Notes under the pieces: model-generated | Told to the model about the DNA's origin: nothing | The model's input: the letters and a program-made list of their open reading frames with translations, nothing else | Database searches by the model: none | Shown: piece by piece, positions 49,963 to 58,889 of the stretch | How positions within the stretch are numbered: the first letter of the stretch is position 1 | How the letters are laid out: each line of letters starts with the position of its first letter | Made by a program: the position numbers and the translations under genes | Origin: Planctomycetota bacterium | Lineage (GTDB): Bacteria; Planctomycetota; UBA8108; SXIK01 | Direction of reading: 5' to 3' | DNA length: 64,000 nucleotides | Assembly (NCBI GenBank): GCA_965223845.1 | Contig: CBDCXR010000004.1 | Coordinates: 2,656,001 to 2,720,000, forward strand

Positions 49963-50544
49963 ATGGGCGACGAACGCGTGAGGGGCGGAGATGCGCGGTC
50001 GAGCCTACGCGCTTTCCTCGCGGTGGATCTCACTGACGCCGTGAAGGAGAGCGTCGCAGCCGAAATCAGCCGCTTGAGGCCGCTCCTCCCGCGCGCGGTC
50101 CGCTGGACGCGCGCCGAGAACCTTCACATCACTCTCCGTTTTCTCGGAGAGATCTCATCCGATATCGTACCGAAGCTCGTCGAAGCGCTCCGCGTCCGCG
50201 TCGGTGCGTTTCCCGCGTTCGAGGCGCACCTCACCGAAGTCACCCTCTTCCCGTCGGTTCGGCGTCCGCGCGTGATCGCCGCTCGGGTCGAACCGGAGCA
50301 GGAGTTCTCCGACCTCGCGGCGGCCGTCGATTCCGTCGTCGCTGTGCTCGGCTTCCCGCGCGAATCGCGTCCCTTCCATCCGCACGTCACCGTCGGACGC
50401 TGGCGCGGACGCGCGCCGAGCGCCTGGGAGTCGAGCTCGTTCCCGCCCGCGACCGTTTCGGTCGAGGCGGTGACCCTCTTTCGCAGTGATCTCCGACCTT
50501 CCGGGCCGATCTATTCAAGGCTCGGCACCTGCCCGCTCGGGTAA
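49963..50544 (+). CDS. thpR: RNA 2',3'-cyclic phosphodiesterase (2H phosphoesterase)
   Basis: [16 protein letters not shown] and FHPHVTVGR (two HxT motifs), LFRSDL...Y. Confidence 0.9.
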   Translation: MGDERVRGGDARSSLRAFLAVDLTDAVKESVAAEISRLRPLLPRAVRWTRAENLHITLRFLGEISSDIVPKLVEALRVRVGAFPAFEAHLTEVTLFPSVRRPRVIAARVEPEQEFSDLAAAVDSVVAVLGFPRESRPFHPHVTVGRWRGRAPSAWESSSFPPATVSVEAVTLFRSDLRPSGPIYSRLGTCPLG

Positions 50545-50554
50545 GATCGAACTC

Positions 50555-51262
50555 ATGACGACAACAAACCGCTCGAACGGAGAAGGCGCATCCACACGGC
50601 CCCGCTTCGTTCCCCTCACCGGCTTTCGCGAATACCCGCCGGACGAAGTCGCCGCGCGCGCGGACCAGTTCTACGCCGAGCTCGCGCGCCGCCGGACGGT
50701 GCGCCACTTCAGCGAACGGCCGATCCCCCGCGAAGTCATCGAGCGCTGCATCCTCACCGCCGGCACGGCACCGAGCGGGGCGAACCTCCAGCCGTGGCGC
50801 TTCGTCGCGGTGGTTCGACCCGAGACGAAGGCGGCGATTCGAGTGGCGGCGGAAGCGGAGGAGAAAGAGTTCTATGCTCATCGCGCACCGCCCGAGTGGC
50901 TCAAAGCGCTCAAGGCGATCGGGACCACCCCCGAAAAGCCGTTCCTCGAGACCGCACCGTGCCTCATCGCCGTTTTCGAAGAGCGTTACTCGCTCCTCGC
51001 GGACGGCTCGCGCCGAAAGCACTATTACTCGGCGGAGTCGACCGGACTCGCGACCGGTCTCTTGATCGCCGCGTTTCACCACGCCGGACTAGCGACGCTC
51101 ACCCACACGCCGAGCCCGATGGGGTTTCTCCGCGAGATTCTAAAACGACCCGAGAACGAACGGCCGTATCTCCTTCTCGTCGTCGGCTATCCGGCCGACG
51201 ACGCGGTCGTTCCCGATCTCTCGCGGAAGAAGCTCTCGGACATCGCCCACTTCGTCGACTGA
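50555..51262 (+). CDS. Nitroreductase-superfamily flavoprotein, iodotyrosine deiodinase (IYD)-like
   Basis: [31 protein letters not shown]...[24 protein letters not shown]. Confidence 0.88.
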   Translation: MTTTNRSNGEGASTRPRFVPLTGFREYPPDEVAARADQFYAELARRRTVRHFSERPIPREVIERCILTAGTAPSGANLQPWRFVAVVRPETKAAIRVAAEAEEKEFYAHRAPPEWLKALKAIGTTPEKPFLETAPCLIAVFEERYSLLADGSRRKHYYSAESTGLATGLLIAAFHHAGLATLTHTPSPMGFLREILKRPENERPYLLLVVGYPADDAVVPDLSRKKLSDIAHFVD

Positions 51263-51288
51263 ACGAACTCCTGTTTTCGTCAATCCCG

Positions 51289-51723
51289 ATGGCTGCCGCC
51301 CGAGACCTCGTCCTCCCCGGAAACACGATTCTCCCCGCCCGCCTGTTTCAAATCCGGTTCTCGCGCAGCGGCGGCCCGGGAGGGCAGAACGTGAACAAGC
51401 TAAACACGAAGGTCGATCTCCGACTCGATCTCGCCTCGGCGCAGGAGTTTCTCGGCGCCGAGCGCTACCAGCGCGCGTGCCGCCGTCTGGCGTCACGACT
51501 GGACGCCGACGGCCGACTCCAAATCGTCAGCAGCGAGCACCGCGAGCGCGAACGCAACATCGACGCGGCTTACGCACGCATGCGCATGACTCTCGTCGAG
51601 GCGATGCGCGCACCGCGGACACGACGGCCGACACGTCCCACCCGTGCGTCGAAAGAGCGCCGTCTGGAAGAGAAGCGGCGGCGCAGCCAGATCAAGCGCT
51701 CGCGGCGCGACCGGTGGGATTGA
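51289..51723 (+). CDS. arfB: Alternative ribosome-rescue peptidyl-tRNA hydrolase
   Basis: FSRSGGPGGQNVNK (GGQ) and basic C-terminal tail RRPTRPTRASKERRLEEKRRRSQIK. Confidence 0.93.
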   Translation: MAAARDLVLPGNTILPARLFQIRFSRSGGPGGQNVNKLNTKVDLRLDLASAQEFLGAERYQRACRRLASRLDADGRLQIVSSEHRERERNIDAAYARMRMTLVEAMRAPRTRRPTRPTRASKERRLEEKRRRSQIKRSRRDRWD

Positions 51724-51777
51724 TCACGCGCGAAGCGCTTTGGAACGACTACCTCCGCACGCCTTGACGGCGCGAGT

Positions 51778-53055
51778 CTACCGCGGAGTCTCGCTCACGA
51801 CTTCGCCCTCGATCACGACCCCGATGCAGTGCGTCGTGTACTCGAACGGATCGCCGTCGTAGAGCGCGAGGTCGCCGTCCTTCCCGACGGCGAGCGAGCC
51901 GACGCGATCGTCGACACCGAGCATTCTGGCGGCGTCGATCGTGATCGCCGCCAAAGCGCCTTCGAAGCCGAGCCCGTTCGCGGCGGCGATCGCCGCCTCG
52001 AAGAGAACGACGCGCGTCTTCGGGACGTAGCTCTCGTAGCCGCTTTGAAGTGCGACTGCGATCCCGGCCTCACGCAGCTTTGCGGCCGTCTCGAAACTCA
52101 TGTTCTCGAGGTCCCCACGCGGGCGGGCCATCGTCGGGTGGAGGGTGACGGGTACACCGGCGACGCGGAGTTCATCTGCAAGAAGATACGATTCCGCCGC
52201 TCCGTCGAGAATGAGACGGATCTCGAACTCGCGGGCGATGCGGAGCGCGCTCGCGATGTCTTGCGCGCGATGGGCGGTCACGATGAGGGGAATCTCTCGC
52301 CGGAGGACGCGCGCTAGGGCGTCGAGTCCGAGGTCGCGCGGAATGGGCGGAGGCGCGGCTCCGCCCTCGGGCGGCGGCGGAGCGCTTCGTCGACGGTCGT
52401 ACTCGCCCGCCTGAATGAGTCGACTGCGCAAGAGCGCGACCATCTTCGCTCGAGTGCCCGGTGATTCCCGCCCCTGCTTCCGCGCGGAGTTCGAGAGCGT
52501 GGCGACGACCGCCGTCGAGCTCGAGACCACCACCGACTCGACCGGCGCGGTCCGCGTCTTCACCGTCATGGTCTGGCCCGACACGAGCTCGCCGGGGGCG
52601 TGTCCGGTGTGGACGGTCGTCACACCGAAGCTTCGCACCCACGCGACGAGCGGATCGCGCGCGTTGTACGCGTCGATGGCCCGGAGCTCGGGCTGAATCG
52701 GCGACGACGCCTCGAGCTGATCGCGGTCGTGTTCGTAGTTGTAGAGCCCGGAGAGTCCGACGGTCGACCGAGCGTCCACGAGCCCGGGCGTGACGACCGC
52801 GGCCTCGAGCACGCGGTATCCCTCCGGTACGCGAACGTCGGCGGCGCGCCCGACCGCGGCGATCTTACCGTCGCGAACGATGACCATTCCGTCTTCGAGC
52901 GGCGTCCCCGCCATGGTGTACACGGTCCGACCCCGAACGGCGACTTGCCCCGAGAGACTCGGGGTCGAGCCGAGGGCGCCGAGCGTGGCAAGAACCATGA
53001 ACGCGAGACGCCCGGGCGCGGAGCGGGCTCGAATCGACCGTAAGCGCAACCTCAT
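51778..53055 (-). CDS. Amidohydrolase-family protein lacking most metal ligands (probable non-catalytic subunit)
   Basis: DGKIAAVG, PGLVDARST (no HxH), GVTT, AITIDAARMLG..DRVGSL..GKDGDL. ATGA overlap with the upstream amidohydrolase. Confidence 0.85.
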   Translation of the reverse strand: MRLRLRSIRARSAPGRLAFMVLATLGALGSTPSLSGQVAVRGRTVYTMAGTPLEDGMVIVRDGKIAAVGRAADVRVPEGYRVLEAAVVTPGLVDARSTVGLSGLYNYEHDRDQLEASSPIQPELRAIDAYNARDPLVAWVRSFGVTTVHTGHAPGELVSGQTMTVKTRTAPVESVVVSSSTAVVATLSNSARKQGRESPGTRAKMVALLRSRLIQAGEYDRRRSAPPPPEGGAAPPPIPRDLGLDALARVLRREIPLIVTAHRAQDIASALRIAREFEIRLILDGAAESYLLADELRVAGVPVTLHPTMARPRGDLENMSFETAAKLREAGIAVALQSGYESYVPKTRVVLFEAAIAAANGLGFEGALAAITIDAARMLGVDDRVGSLAVGKDGDLALYDGDPFEYTTHCIGVVIEGEVVSETPR

Positions 53056-54371
53056 CGTCCTGCCTCCGCGCTCGGTGCGCAGCACGCCGTCCGGCGCCCG
53101 CGCTCGCCGTGATTGGCGCCGTATCCTCCGACGGCGACGAGTCGATCCTTTGGATCCGCGCGATCGAACACCTTGACGCCTTCGACCCACGTCTCCTCGA
53201 TCTTGGTGTAGACACTGAACGGATCGCCGCTGAGAACCACGAAATCGGCGTCCTTTCCCGCGGTGAGGGATCCGGTTCGATCGGCGATGTCGAGGATCTC
53301 CGCGCCCGCGAGGGTGACCGAGCGGAGCGCCGCGGCGCGGGACATCCCTGCGCGCACCGCAAGCGCCGGCATGCGCAAGAAAAGCCGCGAATCCGTGATG
53401 AGATCGTCCGTGTGAAACGCGACGAGAACGCCGGCCTTTTCCAGCGCGGCCCCCGTTTCGAACACGAGGTCGACGGCCTCCCGCTTCCCGCCGGGACTGT
53501 CGACGAGGATGAGCGAGCAGGGAGCCTTCGCCGCGGCGATCTCCTCGGCGACCTTCCAGCCTTCGCTCACGTGATGGAGAACGACGCGGAAGTTGAACTC
53601 ACGTGCGAGCCGGAGCACCGTGAGGATGTCGTCGTGACGATGCGTGTGGTGGTGCACGACGCGCCGGCCGGCGAGCACCTCTCCGAGAACCTCGAGGCCG
53701 AGATCGCGCGGCGGCAGCTTCGCCGGATCATCGCCGGCGGCGATCACCTTCGCGCGGTAATCCTGCGCCGCCGTGTACGCCTGGCGAACCAGCGCAGCTG
53801 ACTTCGCCCGCGTACCGGGGAAGGGCGGACCGCCCATCGAGTTGGTCCCGTTCGCCATCTTGAGACCGCCTAACGGTCGGCCGGCCGGACCGCGCAGCAT
53901 GAGGCCTTCGATCGTGCGCGAACCGCGCAGCTTGACGTAGATCGTCTGTCCGCTGATGAGGTGGCCCGAGCCCGGCATGATGTTGAGGGTCGTCAGTCCG
54001 CCGGCGACCGCTCGGCGGAATCCCGGCGCGGCGGGATCGATCGAGTCGTAGACGCGCGTTTCGGGCTGGATCGGGTTCGAGCCATCGCCACCTCCCGGTC
54101 CCCCGATGTGACTGTGGGTGCAGATGAGACCCGGGATCAGGGTCTTTCCGCTGACATCTCGCGTCTGCGCGTCGTCGGGGATCAGGACGTCGGCCGCGCT
54201 CCCGACCGCAGCGATGCGACCACTCTGAATCACGAGGGTGCCGTTCTCGATCGGATCGGCGTCGGCGGGCAAGATGCGCGCGCCGACGAACGCGACCGGA
54301 AGATCCTGCGCGACCGCAGCGGCGTGAATGAGGAGGGAGGTCGCGGCGATCAATGTTCGTCGCTGGAGCAT
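53052..54371 (-). CDS. Secreted metal-dependent amidohydrolase (imidazolonepropionase-like fold)
   Basis: Signal peptide, PGLICTHSH, LKMANG, HTHRHDD, LHHV, FHTDD, GSLTAGKDADFV. Confidence 0.9.
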   Translation of the reverse strand: MLQRRTLIAATSLLIHAAAVAQDLPVAFVGARILPADADPIENGTLVIQSGRIAAVGSAADVLIPDDAQTRDVSGKTLIPGLICTHSHIGGPGGGDGSNPIQPETRVYDSIDPAAPGFRRAVAGGLTTLNIMPGSGHLISGQTIYVKLRGSRTIEGLMLRGPAGRPLGGLKMANGTNSMGGPPFPGTRAKSAALVRQAYTAAQDYRAKVIAAGDDPAKLPPRDLGLEVLGEVLAGRRVVHHHTHRHDDILTVLRLAREFNFRVVLHHVSEGWKVAEEIAAAKAPCSLILVDSPGGKREAVDLVFETGAALEKAGVLVAFHTDDLITDSRLFLRMPALAVRAGMSRAAALRSVTLAGAEILDIADRTGSLTAGKDADFVVLSGDPFSVYTKIEETWVEGVKVFDRADPKDRLVAVGGYGANHGERGRRTACCAPSAEAGR

Positions 54372-54512
54372 GGCGTTCTCTCTCGTTAGCGTCTCGGGCG
54401 CAGGCCGTTCGGAGGATCCGTGCGCCGGAGCCGATTCTACCGTGTAAACTCCAGCCGGCGAGTCGAAGGCGCCCCTACAACGAACGAACGTCCCGCGGAC
54501 GAGACGGCGTGC

Positions 54513-55541
54513 TCAGTCGGCGACCCAAGGCCGAATCGCGTACTTGATGCCGCGGCCGTTCGCCATCGCGTCGAGAGCGTCCTCGAGTCCTTCGAGCGAG
54601 CGCTCGCCGCTCACGAGACTGTGGAGGTCGAGCTCGTGCCGCGCGATCCACTCTGCGGCGCGGCGCACGTCGCGCGGTCCGAAGTGAAAGCAGCCGTGGA
54701 TACTGATTTCTTCGTAGTGGAGCCGGTACGTGTCGACGGGGATGGTCGTTCCTTTCGAAAGGCCACCGAAGAGGAGAACTTGTCCACCCGGAGCGACTGT
54801 GCGGAGCGCGGTCTCCCAGCCCTCCATGCGTCCGGTGCACTCGATGACGCAATCGAAGGGGCCGGCCGACGCGAGGTGCGCGCCGGGATCACCGCGGCCG
54901 AGATCGATGACGCCGTCCAGGCCGTATCGGTTCGCGACCGCCAGTCGCTCGTCTCGTCGTCCCGCACCGACGACTGCGCCGGTCGTGGAGCGCCGGAGGA
55001 GCTGACAGAAGAGTAACCCCATCGACCCGAGACCGAGCACGAGTGCGCGACGAACGTCGCGGAGGTCGAGTTGGTCGAGTGCGTGAACGACGCAGCTTAC
55101 CGGTTCGAGGAACGCTCCGGTGAGCGCGTCGACGTCGGGCGGTCGCGCGAGGAGGTTTTTCTCCACGACGCGCGGCGGGAGGCGAAGGTACTGCGCGAAT
55201 GCGGCGAAGAAGATCTCACTCTTGAGTTCTTCGCACATACTCTCGCGCCCGCGCGCGCAGAGCTCGCACGCACCGCAGGGTGCACTGAGCACCCCCCAGA
55301 TCTCGTCGCCCGCCGCAAACCCGTCGACATCTGCGCCTACAGCGGCGATCGATCCGGAGAATTGATGGCCGAACGGACCCGGCATCGGAATGAACGGATG
55401 ACCGCGGCGATACGCCTTGAGGTCGGTCCCGCAAGTGAGTGCGCGCTCGACGCGAACGACGACTTCGCCCCGATCCGGTTCCGGATCCGGGACCTCGCGC
55501 ACTTCGATCGTACCTGGCTCGACTAGGCAGGCAGTCAGCAT
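54513..55541 (-). CDS. Zn-dependent medium-chain alcohol/sugar dehydrogenase
   Basis: CGTD, FGHQFSG, CGACELC...C structural Zn, EPVSC, GLGSMG. Confidence 0.88.
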   Translation of the reverse strand: MLTACLVEPGTIEVREVPDPEPDRGEVVVRVERALTCGTDLKAYRRGHPFIPMPGPFGHQFSGSIAAVGADVDGFAAGDEIWGVLSAPCGACELCARGRESMCEELKSEIFFAAFAQYLRLPPRVVEKNLLARPPDVDALTGAFLEPVSCVVHALDQLDLRDVRRALVLGLGSMGLLFCQLLRRSTTGAVVGAGRRDERLAVANRYGLDGVIDLGRGDPGAHLASAGPFDCVIECTGRMEGWETALRTVAPGGQVLLFGGLSKGTTIPVDTYRLHYEEISIHGCFHFGPRDVRRAAEWIARHELDLHSLVSGERSLEGLEDALDAMANGRGIKYAIRPWVAD

Positions 55542-55574
55542 GGGGCGCCATTCTGCCGCGGCCACCGACCGCGG

Positions 55575-57068
55575 TCAAAGGCGAGCCGACGACTCGGACG
55601 GCTGCGCCGCATCCGGTGCGCGGAGCATCGATCCACCGAGGGCGATCGCGAGGTTGACGCAGAGCCCGTAGAGCCCGGCGTGAATGTCGTAGACCCGTCC
55701 GTAGCCAGCCGACGCGAGCGACACGCTGACGACGATCCCCGCGACGAGCCCGCACAACGTCGGCCCGGCCGCGAGTTGCCGCCAGCGCAAGCCGAGGAAG
55801 AATCCGGGCGAGAGCTGGACGAGCAGATCGAATTTGCGATCGAGCAGCTTCATGAGTGTCGTCGCATCGCGCAGCGCCAGCGCGAGGACGACGAGGATGA
55901 CGATCAATACCCAAGAGCTGATCTTTCCGACTCGTGCGAGCTCCTGCTCGCTCGCCGATGGCTTCACGTACGGTTTGTAGAGATCCTGCGCGAGCATCGA
56001 GGAGATCGAGAGGAGTGCGGAGTCGGCCGTCGACATCAGCGCGGCCAGAAGCGCGGCGAAGAGGACGACGACGAGCCAATAGCCGAGCGCCGACTCCGCC
56101 TGGATCTCGCGCAAGAGGACGCCGAAGACGGAATCACTCGCTCCGTCGACGGGCGGGAGATGCGCGAGCGCCGTGAGGCCGACGAACACCGCCACGAGGG
56201 TCGTCGTCAGCGGCAGAAACGCCATGACCATGAGACTCCGCCGCAAAGTCGCCGCCGACCTCGCCGAGTAGATGCGCTGGATCGCCTGTGGGTAAAGAGC
56301 GCCGCCGATACCGACGAGAATGATGTAGCTTCCCCACTCCCGGCACCGCGCCGCCGACGGGGCGATCGCCTTCTCGCGGAGGTCGCCGGAGAGGAGACGC
56401 TCGGTCGTTCCGGCGAGCGTCCCGTACTTATCGAGGACGAGAACGACGAGCACTCCGAACCCGACGAACAGCATCGACCCCTGAAGGACGTCGGTCCAAG
56501 CGACCGCTCGGAGACCTCCGAGCGATTCGTAGACGACCATGATCAGCGCGAGCCCGACCACACCGACGTAGTACGCCGTCGCCGGATTCTCGGCAGACAG
56601 CCCTTCGAGCGCGTGCCCCATCGCCTTCAGTTGCCCGAGTGCGTAGTTCCCGAGGGCTACGATCATCGCGAGCGTAGCCACGGCCGAAAGCGCGGGCGAG
56701 CCGAACCGATCGCGGAGATAGTCGCTGGGCGTGATGTACCGTCGTGCGCGAGCACGCGCGTAGAGCGCCGGCGCGTAGAGTAAGTAGCAGACGACGATCG
56801 CCGTCATGAAGTGACAGCTCATCACCCACGAGTAACCGACGTCGTAGGCCTTGCCGGTGTAACCGAGGAGGGTATTCCCGCTGTACTGCGTCGCGTAGAG
56901 CGTGAGGAGGAGTACGACGAAACCGACGCCGCGGCCCGCGAGGTAGAAGTCCTGGAGCGATGACTCTCGCCGGGCGCGGTACCCCCACCATCCGATCACG
57001 AGGAGGAACGCGATGTAGATCGCGATGAAAATCCACGCGCCGATCCCGAACGGGAGGAGTCCGCTCAC
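55575..57068 (-). CDS. Sodium:solute symporter (SSS family, PanF/MctP-like)
   Basis: About 13 TMs, DFYLAGR, ATQYSG, GGLRAVAWTD, AALMSTADSALL. Confidence 0.92.
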   Translation of the reverse strand: MSGLLPFGIGAWIFIAIYIAFLLVIGWWGYRARRESSLQDFYLAGRGVGFVVLLLTLYATQYSGNTLLGYTGKAYDVGYSWVMSCHFMTAIVVCYLLYAPALYARARARRYITPSDYLRDRFGSPALSAVATLAMIVALGNYALGQLKAMGHALEGLSAENPATAYYVGVVGLALIMVVYESLGGLRAVAWTDVLQGSMLFVGFGVLVVLVLDKYGTLAGTTERLLSGDLREKAIAPSAARCREWGSYIILVGIGGALYPQAIQRIYSARSAATLRRSLMVMAFLPLTTTLVAVFVGLTALAHLPPVDGASDSVFGVLLREIQAESALGYWLVVVLFAALLAALMSTADSALLSISSMLAQDLYKPYVKPSASEQELARVGKISSWVLIVILVVLALALRDATTLMKLLDRKFDLLVQLSPGFFLGLRWRQLAAGPTLCGLVAGIVVSVSLASAGYGRVYDIHAGLYGLCVNLAIALGGSMLRAPDAAQPSESSARL

Positions 57069-57319
57069 GGCTCCTCCCGCGGTGCGGACGCGTGCTCATC
57101 CGTTCGCTCCGTCGGCCAAGGGCGTCGGAGCTGGACCGCCGTGTAGATCGACACCGCCGTGGAAACGGCAATCGCGACGAACACCCAATCGGGAACGCCG
57201 GCCCAAATCGCCGGTTCACCGCGACTCCAGTACCACGGAATCGCGCCGACGAGGAGGGCGAGGTAGACCCAAGGCTGCAGGCGCCGAGCGCTCCGCTCGC
57301 GTTCCTCTGTCGACGCCAC
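57065..57319 (-). CDS. Small two-TM SSS-associated membrane protein
   Basis: Two hydrophobic segments, IPWYW and GVPDW motifs. GTGA overlap with the symporter, an arrangement typical of SSS accessory subunits. Confidence 0.75.
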   Translation of the reverse strand: MASTEERERSARRLQPWVYLALLVGAIPWYWSRGEPAIWAGVPDWVFVAIAVSTAVSIYTAVQLRRPWPTERTDEHASAPREEP

Positions 57320-57359
57320 ACTCTCTCTCCTCTTCGAGGCAGACTGCCGCTTTCCGGAG

Positions 57360-58727
57360 TCAGTCTGCGGCGAGCGTCAAGTCCGGAAACGTGTAGGGCG
57401 CTCGCGGCGTCCGGCGACGAAGAGCGTTCGCTTCGTCGTCCCCTCGAAATCGCTCGGTGTCGGCGTCGAGCGCGAGCTTCCTTCCACCGAGTCGGTAGGA
57501 GATGTTTCCCATGTGGACGAGAACCGCGCTGAGATGCCCTTCCTCGATGTCCGCGTTCGGGAGCTTTCGCGTCCGCATCGCGTCGATGAAGTTCTGCTGG
57601 TGCGGAGCGTCGGGGAACCTTCCGTGAGATTCGGCTTCCACCGCTCCGTCGCTCGTGAAGACCTGCCAGCCGCCACCGTGACGACCGACGATCATCTGCC
57701 GCTTCGTGCCGTAGAGCTCGATCCGCGTCGCGTTCTGAAGCCAGTGCGGAAAGCTGTCACCCGTCCGATGCTGCCAGTTCGTCTTCTGCATGTACGGCGT
57801 GTACTGCGTCAACTCGAACGTCATGATCATGTTGTCGAAATCGAACGTAGCGACTTGAGTGTCGGGCACGGTTCGATCGTCGTCGAAGGCGAAGTTACCG
57901 CCGGTCGAGTGCGCAGCGGACGGCAGCCGGACGCCGGTGAGCCAGCGCGCGACATCGAGTTGGTGGATGCTGTCGTTCCCGAGATCTCCCCCGCAGTAGG
58001 CGTAGTGGTAGTACCAGCCGCCGTGGAAATGGCCCGCGTTGAACGGACGCGACGGCGCCGGGCCGAGCCACGCGTCATAGTCGACTCCTCGCGGCGCAGG
58101 ACCGTCGGCGGGGACGCGGACGGGTGAGCCGGGCTTCAGATTGTAGACCTTCGCGAGATGGATCTCGCCGAGGACGCCCGTACGGATCAGCTCGAGAGCC
58201 TCGTGGAGATACGGTGCGCTCCGGTTTTGGGTGCCCACCTGGACGATCCGGCTGTAGCGCCGCGCGGCGCGCACCATCTGCCGCCCTTCCCAGATCGAGT
58301 AGGACGCCGGCTTCTCGACGTAGACGTCTTTACGGGCCGCGCAAGCCAGCACCGAGGCGAGTGCGTGCCAGTGGTCGGGGGTGGCGACGATGACTCCGTC
58401 GATCGATCGATCGTCGAGGACGCGTCGCAGATCGGTCGACTCCGTCGGTCGCACCCGCGCACTCGAACCGATCGCGTCGGCGAGCTTTCGCGCTCGCCCG
58501 GCGTCGCAATCGGACACCGCGACGATCTCGGTATCCGCGCGCGCCGAGAAATCGCGCGTGAGACGCGAACCACGGCCTCCCGCGCCGATCGTCGCCAAGC
58601 GGATGCGATCGTTCGCCGAAGCGGCGCGAACGGGGCGTCGCGCCGCTCCGAGCGCAGCGCCGACCGCAATGCCGGCGGTTCGGATGGAGCTGGAACCGAT
58701 GAACTGACGACGACTGAGCTCTCTCAT
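57360..58727 (-). CDS. Gfo/Idh/MocA family oxidoreductase with Tat signal
   Basis: SRRQFI, IGAGGRG, ATPDHWHA, DVYVEKP, QVGTQNRS, WLGPAP, NDSIHQLD. Confidence 0.93.
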   Translation of the reverse strand: MRELSRRQFIGSSSIRTAGIAVGAALGAARRPVRAASANDRIRLATIGAGGRGSRLTRDFSARADTEIVAVSDCDAGRARKLADAIGSSARVRPTESTDLRRVLDDRSIDGVIVATPDHWHALASVLACAARKDVYVEKPASYSIWEGRQMVRAARRYSRIVQVGTQNRSAPYLHEALELIRTGVLGEIHLAKVYNLKPGSPVRVPADGPAPRGVDYDAWLGPAPSRPFNAGHFHGGWYYHYAYCGGDLGNDSIHQLDVARWLTGVRLPSAAHSTGGNFAFDDDRTVPDTQVATFDFDNMIMTFELTQYTPYMQKTNWQHRTGDSFPHWLQNATRIELYGTKRQMIVGRHGGGWQVFTSDGAVEAESHGRFPDAPHQQNFIDAMRTRKLPNADIEEGHLSAVLVHMGNISYRLGGRKLALDADTERFRGDDEANALRRRTPRAPYTFPDLTLAAD

Positions 58728-58889
58728 GGAAGCTCCCCGCGCTGGATACACCGATCGAAGCTAACCGGTGCCATCATCCATACGCGAGAGCGGCGGGCGA
58801 GCGCAAGGCGCGTCTCTCCATTCGCGACCGCCGCGCTGAAGGATCGTGCGGCGGTTTCCGCCGCGCGGACTGATCCCAAGCGAGTTCGC

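Noticed and set aside
51778-54371. Amidohydrolases as the missing L-galactonolactonase
   Set aside because: They are exported, imidazolonepropionase-like proteins with the beta-sandwich domain, unlike the cytoplasmic amidohydrolase_2-type sugar lactonases, and are separated from the pair by an opposite-strand cluster.
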